Part shown: positions 55,152 through 62,597 of the stretch, piece by piece
Position numbering within the stretch: the first letter of the stretch is position 1
Layout of the letters: the number at the start of each line of letters is the position of its first letter
Sequence record: MN850609.1
DNA from: Escherichia phage dhaeg
Direction: 5' to 3' (one strand)
DNA length: 64,000 bases
Made by a program: the position numbers and the translations under genes
The notes under the pieces: model-generated
What the model saw: only the letters and a program-made list of their open reading frames with translations
Databases searched by the model: none
Told to the model about the DNA's origin: nothing

Positions 55152-56021
55152 ATGAACATTAAAACACGTAAAGAATACTCTATATACGACCATGACACAA
55201 CTCGTCGTATCGCTATTGACAGGTTAGCCGACTTTGGTCATATTTGTAATGGTAATTATACTTATGGCGTAGGTCGTAAAGGAACTTATATTTCTTCTTT
55301 GAACGATTATTGCCGTCGCCCAGCCCACCTGTTTGGTGCAACATTACGAGCTAATATCAAAGACCTCTTGGCTACTGCAGGACGTATTTCTACGGTTCCT
55401 GTTAATATCAAGAATATTAATTTTACGGCCCGTAACCTAGTCATTAATATTCTGTCTGACGGTATTCAAGTTCGTTTTCGCCCCACCTCAAAAGGTAATA
55501 AGGCCCTTCGTGAAGCATTCGAAACCTTATTCAGAGAAGCAATGACTCGTATTAAGGCCGTAGAATCATATAAAGTTACAACCGATGAATATGCTGATTG
55601 TTCCGGGCAAGCCGATGCAGTGTATATCAGAGTTAAACTAACTAGCGAATATCTTTTATCTTATGCCCCTTATCAACCCCAACAAAAGGACCCACAAATG
55701 GAACGTCGTATCTCTGCAGTATCATGTGACAGCGTAGGCCAGTATGCAGCCTATGACAAATTCAAAACCACCGCTGTGCCTAGTCCATTCAATTCCGAAC
55801 CGTATCATTGGAAAATTAAACCTGATAATTCTTTGGTTGTTACTAACCCTACGATGAAACCTATTGAGACCTATTATGCAGATAGCATTCAGGAATCAAT
55901 CCATCGTTTAAATGGTCAGATTGAAGATGAGAAAAAGAGCATTCAAGACGTTCTTAATCGCATCAAGAATATGGAAAACCAGCGTGACAAGCTTCGCGCG
56001 GCACTATTAGCTCTAAAATAA
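55152..56021 (+). CDS. variable-head / C-terminal coiled-coil protein 3
   Basis: 289 aa from the ATG just after the upstream stop (the track start at 55128 is an alternative); C-terminal IHRLNGQIEDEKKSIQDVLNRIKNMENQRDKLRAALLALK. Confidence 0.55.
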   Translation: MNIKTRKEYSIYDHDTTRRIAIDRLADFGHICNGNYTYGVGRKGTYISSLNDYCRRPAHLFGATLRANIKDLLATAGRISTVPVNIKNINFTARNLVINILSDGIQVRFRPTSKGNKALREAFETLFREAMTRIKAVESYKVTTDEYADCSGQADAVYIRVKLTSEYLLSYAPYQPQQKDPQMERRISAVSCDSVGQYAAYDKFKTTAVPSPFNSEPYHWKIKPDNSLVVTNPTMKPIETYYADSIQESIHRLNGQIEDEKKSIQDVLNRIKNMENQRDKLRAALLALK

Positions 56022-56022
56022 T

Positions 56023-56052
56023 GTTTACATCCAAGGACGGATGGAGTATAAT
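56023..56052 (+). promoter_or_regulatory. early promoter (GTTTAC-18-TATAAT)
   Basis: Followed by the leader ATCAACTACTGAGGAGAATATCATG. Confidence 0.7.
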
Positions 56053-56080
56053 CCTTTTATCAACTACTGAGGAGAATATC

Positions 56081-57091
56081 ATGACCCGTACTGAATACAT
56101 CAATGCCTTTACTACGTATATCACTGACAATACCCCTCCATTAACCCCATATGAGGTGATAGTTTCCAATATCAATAAATGGGTAGACCAAATTGATGAA
56201 GATTTGTCGCTGTATTTTAAATCTGAAATAGAAAAGATTGCAGGGCGTTTGTTTATCCCTGATATCATAGATACATTTAAAGGTTCTCGACTTCTTTCGC
56301 GGCTGGTTAATAAGGATATCCTTTCAGAGTTTGGCAAAGAGAAACACCCAGGTTCCAGCCACGTTGTTAGCTACCAATGGTTTGGTGATGTTTTAAAAAG
56401 CTATATCAAAATGAAAGGTATGGATCCTAGTGGTCTATTTCCACAGCGTTGGACTAGTGAATTTAAGGCTAACTCTGCATTAATTCTCAAAGCGGCCTCT
56501 AAAACCATAGTTTCTGGTGATTCCCGTACTATTCACCCTATGGCTAATTGCATGATTAAAACAAATAGTTATAAAGGAAAAGCAATTATTTCTGTTATTT
56601 GGTCACCTAATAGGAAACCTAAAGATGACGCGGAAGTTGTAAAGTATCAAGATATTGCTTACGACACCTTGAATATTATCGAACAAGCCTTAGCTTTTAT
56701 GGATACAGTAGAGAAATATGAGACTCAAGAAGTAAAACATTTCTATGGCTGGAAAGGATACGAGGTCTTAGTAAAAGTTCGCGAAATCAAATGCCATGTT
56801 CCAAAAACTGACGCTGAAATTTACCAAGAAAAATGTGAGGAAATTGTGAACACTGATAAAGAGCCTGCTACATTAGAAGACTTGATTAACGACTTGAATA
56901 GCCCTATCATGGCTCCTACACCAATTACTAAATCCAAGTTACCGGAAATCGTTGCCTTAGAAAAAGCGTATAAAGATGCCCTTGCTATTAACAAAAAACT
57001 GACTGGCCAATATACCGCTGCCAAGAAACTTTGGGAAGAGTCTACCAATCGTTTAGACCGTCTTGAACAAGCTCTGGAGCTGTTGAAATGA
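56081..57091 (+). CDS. variable-head / C-terminal coiled-coil protein 4
   Basis: 336 aa from the ATG after GAGGAG; C-terminal [44 protein letters not shown]. Confidence 0.6.
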   Translation: MTRTEYINAFTTYITDNTPPLTPYEVIVSNINKWVDQIDEDLSLYFKSEIEKIAGRLFIPDIIDTFKGSRLLSRLVNKDILSEFGKEKHPGSSHVVSYQWFGDVLKSYIKMKGMDPSGLFPQRWTSEFKANSALILKAASKTIVSGDSRTIHPMANCMIKTNSYKGKAIISVIWSPNRKPKDDAEVVKYQDIAYDTLNIIEQALAFMDTVEKYETQEVKHFYGWKGYEVLVKVREIKCHVPKTDAEIYQEKCEEIVNTDKEPATLEDLINDLNSPIMAPTPITKSKLPEIVALEKAYKDALAINKKLTGQYTAAKKLWEESTNRLDRLEQALELLK

Positions 57092-57309
57092 AATATCAAT
57101 TAGCCGATGATATCGACCAAACTATTCCTGATTGGAATCAAATTATTAAAATTGTCGAACGTCGTGAAAAAGCTTCTAAGAACGTTCCTAACTGTCCTGA
57201 GTGCGGAACTGAACAAGTCCAGTTGACTCAATGGCGTCATAATCCGCTTCAGTATAAATGCCGTCATTGTAAACACCGATTTGAGCGAGATGAAAATGGC
57301 AAAGCGTAA
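57088..57309 (+). CDS. zinc-ribbon protein
   Basis: 73 aa; CPECG-x19-CRHCKH. Confidence 0.6.
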   Translation: MKYQLADDIDQTIPDWNQIIKIVERREKASKNVPNCPECGTEQVQLTQWRHNPLQYKCRHCKHRFERDENGKA

Positions 57310-57532
57310 AGAATATGTAGAGGCCGCTGATAAGGCGGTCCGTGAACTTACTTTGGCTTATTATAAAGAGCACGGTAAATTTCCGGACAGTTATTCAGTA
57401 TTGAAATCTGCTTTAACTCGTTCGTATAATAATATACTATCTGATGTATATGATTTAAAATACGAACACCTCGAAAAATACGGAACAGAACTTGACCGTT
57501 CTGAAGCATTCAAACAAGTATTAGGAATTTAA
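57290..57532 (+). CDS. hypothetical protein
   Basis: About 80 aa; start ambiguous (57290 or 57296). Confidence 0.5.
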   Translation: MKMAKRKEYVEAADKAVRELTLAYYKEHGKFPDSYSVLKSALTRSYNNILSDVYDLKYEHLEKYGTELDRSEAFKQVLGI

Positions 57533-57533
57533 A

Positions 57534-57797
57534 ATGTTTAAAGTTTATGGTTACGATTCAAATATTCACCGTTGTGTTTTCTGTGATAATGCCAAACGTC
57601 TACTTGATGTTAAGAAACAACCTTACGAATTCATTAACGTGATGCCGGAAAAAGGTGTATTTGATGATAAGAAGATTGCTGAACTCTTGGCTGCTCTTGG
57701 TCGTGAATCTCAAGTAGGTTTGACCATGCCTCAGGTATTTGCTCCTGACGGAACTTCTATTGGTGGCTTTGACCAACTGCGAGCATATTTCAAATGA
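57534..57797 (+). CDS. nrdC: phage glutaredoxin/thioredoxin NrdC
   Basis: 87 aa; MFKVYGYDSNIH.CV.CDNAKRLL.VKKQP.EFIN.MPEKGVFDD.KIAELL..LGR..Q.GLTMPQVFAPDG..IGGFDQLR.YF, near-identical to recalled T4 NrdC. Confidence 0.96.
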   Translation: MFKVYGYDSNIHRCVFCDNAKRLLDVKKQPYEFINVMPEKGVFDDKKIAELLAALGRESQVGLTMPQVFAPDGTSIGGFDQLRAYFK

Positions 57798-57961
57798 TTG
57801 AATTATTGTTGGGTATTTTGTATCTTATCATCGGTATTGGTTATGCTAAGACCCTAGCTAAATTAGATGATTTCGGTGCAGGTGACTTTTGTTGGTGGCT
57901 GACGTCTATGATTTGTTGGCCTTTATTTCTGGTTGGTGCTTCATTCTGGAACTTTAAATGA
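57794..57961 (+). CDS. 55-aa 2-TM micro-protein
   Basis: MIELLLGILYLIIGIGYAK...WWLTSMICWPLFLVGASFWNFK; ATGA coupling on both sides. Confidence 0.5.
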   Translation: MIELLLGILYLIIGIGYAKTLAKLDDFGAGDFCWWLTSMICWPLFLVGASFWNFK

Positions 57962-58266
57962 TTGGATTAAATGAACAGACCATTTTTCTAGGTGATGGTA
58001 CTGAAGACGACCTAGAATATAAACTATACGAATATATGGTTTGGTTGGCTAAAGCAGAAGGTATTGATTTTGTTGTGGCTAACCCGTATGGCGAGAATAC
58101 TGTTGTAATCGGTGGCACTGCTTATGAAGTCCAATGGCAATACGTTGGGCTAGAATCTGAAGAATTTGAAGAAGATGAGCATGGTGATTGGCATCCGGTT
58201 GGCCCTTGGTATTGGGAAAACGGCGAGCCTGATTTTGAAGTAAGTAGTTGGTGGTGTGACCGTTAA
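57958..58266 (+). CDS. acidic hypothetical protein
   Basis: 102 aa. Confidence 0.55.
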   Translation: MIGLNEQTIFLGDGTEDDLEYKLYEYMVWLAKAEGIDFVVANPYGENTVVIGGTAYEVQWQYVGLESEEFEEDEHGDWHPVGPWYWENGEPDFEVSSWWCDR

Positions 58267-58312
58267 GCCATGGTATGTCGCTCGGTGGGAAACTACCGAG
58301 CCAGAGGAACCG

Positions 58313-58342
58313 GTTTACAACGATTCCGAAATAGAGTATAAT
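58313..58342 (+). promoter_or_regulatory. early promoter (GTTTAC-18-TATAAT)
   Basis: Preceded by hairpin GCTCGGT-GGGAAACT-ACCGAGC at 58279-58300. Confidence 0.65.
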
Positions 58343-58382
58343 GAACCTTCAAACAATGATTTAATCGATATGGAGTTTGGAT

Positions 58383-58556
58383 ATGAGTACCAAAATTGAA
58401 GTTGGCCGTCACAAAGGCCGTCTGATTGAGCATTCGCTTTACGAGTTGTCGGATTCGGGTTCTTTACCTGACCTAGAATCCGATTTGATTAAAGCTGCTG
58501 CTGACTATATCCATTGGCTTGAAGCTCAACTTCGCTTTGCTGATAAGGCGTTCTGA
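58383..58556 (+). CDS. small hypothetical protein
   Basis: 57 aa, GGAG SD. Confidence 0.5.
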   Translation: MSTKIEVGRHKGRLIEHSLYELSDSGSLPDLESDLIKAAADYIHWLEAQLRFADKAF

Positions 58557-58636
58557 TGAAAACTTCTACTGTAATCTTGTGCTTATGGGGAATTTTTAAT
58601 TTGGGTATGCTTGTTTACTTGGTGGGTCAATTATGA
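58556..58636 (+). CDS. 26-aa hydrophobic micro-protein
   Basis: MKTSTVILCLWGIFNLGMLVYLVGQL; TGATG and ATGA coupling. Confidence 0.4.
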   Translation: MKTSTVILCLWGIFNLGMLVYLVGQL

Positions 58637-58809
58637 AAACTAAATTAGTCTATACTGAAAAGTTAAATGGTGACAAGGTCTGGAAACTTCTTATCAAAGG
58701 AAGTCCTACCGACCAGTTTATGGCCACCTGTATAGGGTTGTATACCCGTCCTACCAAAAAGATGATTCGTCAATTTAAACGGTTGCATCGCTCATTTTAT
58801 AATGTTTAA
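58633..58809 (+). CDS. small basic protein
   Basis: 58 aa. Confidence 0.5.
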   Translation: MKTKLVYTEKLNGDKVWKLLIKGSPTDQFMATCIGLYTRPTKKMIRQFKRLHRSFYNV

Positions 58810-58844
58810 TAAATACCCTTATCTAATAATGGTAAGGGTTTATT

Positions 58845-59318
58845 ATGTTGCTGACTGGCAAATTATACAAAGAAGAAAAACAAAATCTTTATGATGCACA
58901 ACATGGTAAGTGTTTGATTTGTAAACGTGAATTAAACCCTGATGTTCAAAGTAACCACCTTGACCACGACCATGAATTGAATGGGCCAAAAGCCGGTAAG
59001 GTTCGTGGTTTACTATGTAATCTGTGCAATGCTGCAGAAGGACAAATGAAGCATAAGTTCAACCGTTCTGGTTTGAAAGGTCAAAACGTTGACTACCTCG
59101 AATGGTTAGAGAATTTGCTGGTCTATCTGAAAGCTGATTATACCGAAAATAATATCCATCCTAATTTCGTTCCTGATAAAACCAAAGAGTTCAGTAGATT
59201 AGGTAAGGAAGAAATGATTGCTGAAATGCTTTCACATGGAATGACTTATAATGAATCTGACACAAAGAAACAAATGGTCGATTCATTTAAAAAACAACTG
59301 AGGAAATCGCTTAAATGA
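58845..59318 (+). CDS. 49: recombination endonuclease VII (Holliday junction resolvase)
   Basis: 157 aa; MLLTGKLYKEEKQ..YDAQ.GKCLIC.RELNPDVQ.NHLDHDHELNGPKAGKVRGLLCNLCNAAEGQMKHKF, near-identical to recalled T4 gp49. Confidence 0.97.
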   Translation: MLLTGKLYKEEKQNLYDAQHGKCLICKRELNPDVQSNHLDHDHELNGPKAGKVRGLLCNLCNAAEGQMKHKFNRSGLKGQNVDYLEWLENLLVYLKADYTENNIHPNFVPDKTKEFSRLGKEEMIAEMLSHGMTYNESDTKKQMVDSFKKQLRKSLK

Positions 59319-59440
59319 TTAATTTTTATGGCTACACATTCTATGCTTTAGCCGAATCAGTGAATGATGCTGTACGTCTTATGGGTGTTGAGTATCCTGC
59401 TCAATGGTTATTTGTTGTAACTAACATGTGGGTTCTTTAA
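59315..59440 (+). CDS. 41-aa small protein
   Basis: ATGA-coupled to the gene 49 stop. Confidence 0.4.
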   Translation: MINFYGYTFYALAESVNDAVRLMGVEYPAQWLFVVTNMWVL

Positions 59441-59655
59441 TGAATAAATTTCGTAATGCAGTTTCTGATATCTTGGCCAATATTACATTTGTCTTGTTTA
59501 TTGTGTGCCTTTTAATCCTAGTCATCCCATTTGGATTGCTGTTCGTTATTATTGGTGCGCTGAGTACTGAAAAGGGTCTCGAAGAGTCTGAGTTCGAAAA
59601 ACGAATCCAGTCTGTCCATAGTGTTATTTCTAAAATGATGAAGGTGAAAGAATGA
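59440..59655 (+). CDS. small membrane protein
   Basis: 71 aa from the TAATG junction; ITFVLFIVCLLILVIPFGLLFVIIGAL. Confidence 0.55.
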   Translation: MNKFRNAVSDILANITFVLFIVCLLILVIPFGLLFVIIGALSTEKGLEESEFEKRIQSVHSVISKMMKVKE

Positions 59656-59948
59656 AACGTTTTGAAGAATATGTAGCTACTGATTGGGGTGCCTGGGACA
59701 AGTTCGGTCAAGAATGGTATTTCCATGATTGCGACCTTAACCCGGAATTCTTTAAAGATAAGGAAGATGACCTCAAGGACATCTATGCTCTATCAGAGAT
59801 TCACGGTATTAAACCTACTGTCTACTTCTCTTTTGATGATATGGGATTCCTTATCCAGATTTACGTCCCGTATGGAACTAATGAAGACGAAGTTATCAAA
59901 ACTTGGGACTACCAAGGAGTTATTTCCTGTGGACCAAAAGTTAACTAA
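59652..59948 (+). CDS. hypothetical protein
   Basis: 98 aa. Confidence 0.55.
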   Translation: MKRFEEYVATDWGAWDKFGQEWYFHDCDLNPEFFKDKEDDLKDIYALSEIHGIKPTVYFSFDDMGFLIQIYVPYGTNEDEVIKTWDYQGVISCGPKVN

Positions 59949-60246
59949 AATTGAGATTTACGGTATCCCTGAGACAGTCATGCGCTGTCCAGGGTGCATT
60001 GCAGTTCTATCGCTCCTAAATTCCCTTTCTATCCCACATACTTTCTATCCTGTGATTAACCAGACGCCGTCAGGCGCAGTATATGACAAGCCTCTTATAG
60101 TATCATTGGCCAAACGCGCCGGCTTCAAGAGCTTAGCTATACGCTATCCTGTCATCTTTGTTGATAATAAGAAAATAGAAAATATTCCTGCTTTTAAAGC
60201 ACTTTTGATTGAACTTGGTTATGACCGAGATTTAATTGAAGATTAG
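59929..60246 (+). CDS. nrdH: glutaredoxin-like protein (NrdH-like), probable GTG start
   Basis: About 105 aa if started at GTG 59929; IEIYG...CPGC redox motif. The longer track ORF (from 59689) overlaps the upstream gene out of frame. Confidence 0.65.
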   Translation: MDQKLTKIEIYGIPETVMRCPGCIAVLSLLNSLSIPHTFYPVINQTPSGAVYDKPLIVSLAKRAGFKSLAIRYPVIFVDNKKIENIPAFKALLIELGYDRDLIED

Positions 60247-60247
60247 T

Positions 60248-60276
60248 GTTTACTTCCTCTCCTCACGTGTTATAGT
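60248..60276 (+). promoter_or_regulatory. early promoter cassette (GTTTAC-17-TATAGT)
   Basis: Spacer CTCCTCACGTGT (60259-60270) is complementary to ACACATGAGGAG (60288-60299, contains the SD), with 1 mismatch. Confidence 0.7.
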
Positions 60277-60305
60277 CTATCCTATCAACACATGAGGAGA
60301 ACATT

Positions 60306-60482
60306 ATGACTATCCAAGATAAAGAAATTAAAGTCCACCAGTATTATTCAATCAACGGCAAAGCTGTTCTAGTAACTGAAATATCTAGCCTGGACGTGTG
60401 GTATACCATAATTGACCTTAATATTAAAATGATTTGTGACCGTGGTGTATTTTGTTCGATAGCTAAGGAAATTAAATTATGA
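60306..60482 (+). CDS. small hypothetical protein
   Basis: 58 aa after the GAGGAGAACATT SD. Confidence 0.5.
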   Translation: MTIQDKEIKVHQYYSINGKAVLVTEISSLDVWYTIIDLNIKMICDRGVFCSIAKEIKL

Positions 60483-60733
60483 GCCTGAAATTACATTCAA
60501 TGAAAAATGTCATCACCCTTAATCTGGATGATGAGCGCCTAATTTTTCTCACCGTCACTGATAAGAATATTGAAATTGCAAATGGTCCTAAGACTTATTG
60601 CTGCCCAGTGAAGAATTGGAAGCATGTAACCTTTTTGACCCTGGCCGACCGTCTGAAAGACCTTAAGTTGGATTTGGATATCAAAGATATCCAGTACATT
60701 AAAAATCTTATTGGATACAAACTGTTGAGGTAA
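60479..60733 (+). CDS. hypothetical protein
   Basis: 84 aa, ATGA-coupled. Confidence 0.55.
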   Translation: MSLKLHSMKNVITLNLDDERLIFLTVTDKNIEIANGPKTYCCPVKNWKHVTFLTLADRLKDLKLDLDIKDIQYIKNLIGYKLLR

Positions 60734-60735
60734 CT

Positions 60736-61029
60736 ATGGGTAAAACTATCCGTCGTAAAGAATTGCCTGTAAAAGATTTTTATTATTCCGGACGCCGTAA
60801 AGCACCATACGGCGTAAGTCAGGAAAGAGTTGAAGAAAATATCTTCCGTTCTGACAAGTGGAAACGTATGCGTGGCGTTGATTCTGAAGTTAAGAATGAA
60901 ATGAACCGCCAACTTCGTAAAGAAGTAAGAAAACTGAAAAAAGATGTTTACAGCGACGATGAACCTGATTACAATACTTCTCATCGAGTTGCAAAACGTA
61001 AATCAAACGAATGCTATCGTTACAGCTGA
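60736..61029 (+). CDS. basic hypothetical protein
   Basis: 97 aa, K/R-rich. Confidence 0.55.
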   Translation: MGKTIRRKELPVKDFYYSGRRKAPYGVSQERVEENIFRSDKWKRMRGVDSEVKNEMNRQLRKEVRKLKKDVYSDDEPDYNTSHRVAKRKSNECYRYS

Positions 61030-61036
61030 GGAAAAT

Positions 61037-61168
61037 ATGAATATCAAACGTATGCTTTTTAAACAAGGATTATACACTTTAAATGTTGCTCCAAAAGGCG
61101 ATACGACTAAGTGGTCAGTAAATGACTGGATTGAATTTATTGATGAAAACGGTAACTGGAAAATTTAA
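61037..61168 (+). CDS. 43-aa small protein
   Basis: ATG after TGAGGAAAAT. Confidence 0.45.
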   Translation: MNIKRMLFKQGLYTLNVAPKGDTTKWSVNDWIEFIDENGNWKI

Positions 61169-61369
61169 ATGAATCCTGAATCTAAATTATCACAACGAAT
61201 TGCTGAAGCCCGTCGTCAGTTCTTTGAAAATATGATAGCCCAAGGTATTGATGACGAAGTTTTTCTAAACTGGTTTTGGAATAACAAATATTCAAAATGC
61301 TCAGGAGCAATATTGATATCAGCCGCGATGATGTATGAAGGCTGGAAAGGCGCCAAAGCACAAAAATAG
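61169..61369 (+). CDS. hypothetical protein
   Basis: 66 aa, TAAATG junction. Confidence 0.5.
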   Translation: MNPESKLSQRIAEARRQFFENMIAQGIDDEVFLNWFWNNKYSKCSGAILISAAMMYEGWKGAKAQK

Positions 61370-61398
61370 TTTACAAACTCTTGGGACCAGAGTATAAT
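61369..61398 (+). promoter_or_regulatory. early promoter with stem-loop (GTTTAC-18-TATAAT)
   Basis: TGGGACC (61382-61388) / GGTCCCA (61399-61405) bracket the -10. Confidence 0.65.
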
Positions 61399-61437
61399 GG
61401 TCCCACGGATTATAAATTTTAAACTGAGGAAATTATT

Positions 61438-61767
61438 ATGTCACAAGCTATTAAAAACGTACTGAACTCTTTCGCTTTCGATAAAGTTAACGAACTGATG
61501 AAAACCGGCTTTGTAACTCCTCAGGTTCTTGACCAATGGGTTGCTGAACTGTTACCAATCATGCACTCTAAAGACCAAAAAATTGGTAAGAACGGTATTC
61601 GTGAAATCCTGGTTCAATATATTCTCGACGAGTTTGATGTGGCCGCCTTTGGTGTCGAATCTAAAGCTTGGCAGCCGGGTGAAATCACAGACAAAACCAT
61701 CCGTCGTATGAAGAATCAACGTAAGAAAAAATTCGTTGACCTGAAAATTGTTAAGGCTGCTAAATGA
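61438..61767 (+). CDS. hypothetical protein
   Basis: 109 aa; the TIR ACTGAGGAAATTATTATG is identical to that of 54005. Confidence 0.6.
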   Translation: MSQAIKNVLNSFAFDKVNELMKTGFVTPQVLDQWVAELLPIMHSKDQKIGKNGIREILVQYILDEFDVAAFGVESKAWQPGEITDKTIRRMKNQRKKKFVDLKIVKAAK

Positions 61768-62012
61768 GTAATTTGCCTGAAGATGTATCGGTTATAATAG
61801 TCCTTAAAGCTTTAGCCGGTTTCCAACGTACCCCTATGATGAATAATAGCGAAACTATTATAAAAGCGGCTAATATGTTAAGTGGAAGTCATCGCGATTT
61901 CAGGATATTTCCTATAAGCTCTAAGACCACTTATATGAAAATGCCCGATCCTAAAATAGCTTGGGACGAAGGCATGACATTAAATGAATTTGAGGATTAT
62001 TTAAATGATTAA
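61764..62012 (+). CDS. hypothetical protein
   Basis: 82 aa. Confidence 0.5.
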   Translation: MSNLPEDVSVIIVLKALAGFQRTPMMNNSETIIKAANMLSGSHRDFRIFPISSKTTYMKMPDPKIAWDEGMTLNEFEDYLND

Positions 62013-62271
62013 AATAAAACTCTCTAATTACGATAAAAACTTGGAAATGATTGCTATGAAAGAAGAACTCCTGAATGATGTCCGCTTTACTGGTTATGCA
62101 GTTCAATTTAATAGTGATGGGGTTCTCCAGATTGAGGGTGACCACTTTATTATTGAATATGAATTTAAACAGTACTGGCTATACGCTAAAGATGAGGTCG
62201 GCGGTATTGATTACGTTGATGAGTTTGATAATCTTGATGATGCACTAGAAGGAGCCCGATTCCTACAATGA
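62005..62271 (+). CDS. hypothetical protein
   Basis: 88 aa. Confidence 0.5.
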   Translation: MIKIKLSNYDKNLEMIAMKEELLNDVRFTGYAVQFNSDGVLQIEGDHFIIEYEFKQYWLYAKDEVGGIDYVDEFDNLDDALEGARFLQ

Positions 62272-62531
62272 CGCCTGTATCCATAACATTAGCTTATGAA
62301 GGCTTAGGATTTTTCTTAATAGATAACTATATGAATGTTGAGTTTATTTGCGGAGAGACTTCTGAAGTGTGGAAGTCTCATATTTCCAAATACAACCAAT
62401 CCGAATATTTAGTCCTTTACCAACAATTCTGCCTTTATATTCAAAGCCAAGGATTTGAAGGAGCCCCTTCCTTCGAAGAGTTCAAAAAAATTCTTGAAAC
62501 AGTATTTCAGGCTTATTGCTTACTCCGTTGA
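62268..62531 (+). CDS. hypothetical protein
   Basis: 87 aa. Confidence 0.5.
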   Translation: MTPVSITLAYEGLGFFLIDNYMNVEFICGETSEVWKSHISKYNQSEYLVLYQQFCLYIQSQGFEGAPSFEEFKKILETVFQAYCLLR

Positions 62532-62566
62532 TGCTTTAAACGGGTCTTCAAATACTATGATATAAT
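62532..62566 (+). promoter_or_regulatory. promoter region of gene 55 (MotA-box TGCTTTA plus cassette-type -10 TATAAT)
   Basis: TGCTTTA 62532-62538; 12 bp later AATACT; cassette-like TGATATAATAGACCTATGA with TATAAT at 62561-66. Which -10 is used cannot be decided from sequence. Confidence 0.5.
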
Positions 62567-62597
62567 AGACCTATGATTTGAGTTATCTGAGGTAACA

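Noticed and set aside
59689-59928. N-terminal 80 aa of the 185-aa track ORF 59689-60246.
   Set aside because: It overlaps ORF 59652-59948 out of frame and has no redoxin similarity. The glutaredoxin fold starts at IEIYG, so the in-frame GTG at 59929 is the more plausible start.
30614-62566. Whether the many conserved 30-70 bp repeats could be a CRISPR array or another repeat-spacer locus.
   Set aside because: Spacing is irregular (0.3-4 kb). Each repeat sits directly in front of an ORF and contains sigma70-type -35/-10 elements and an SD, so these are promoter/leader cassettes.
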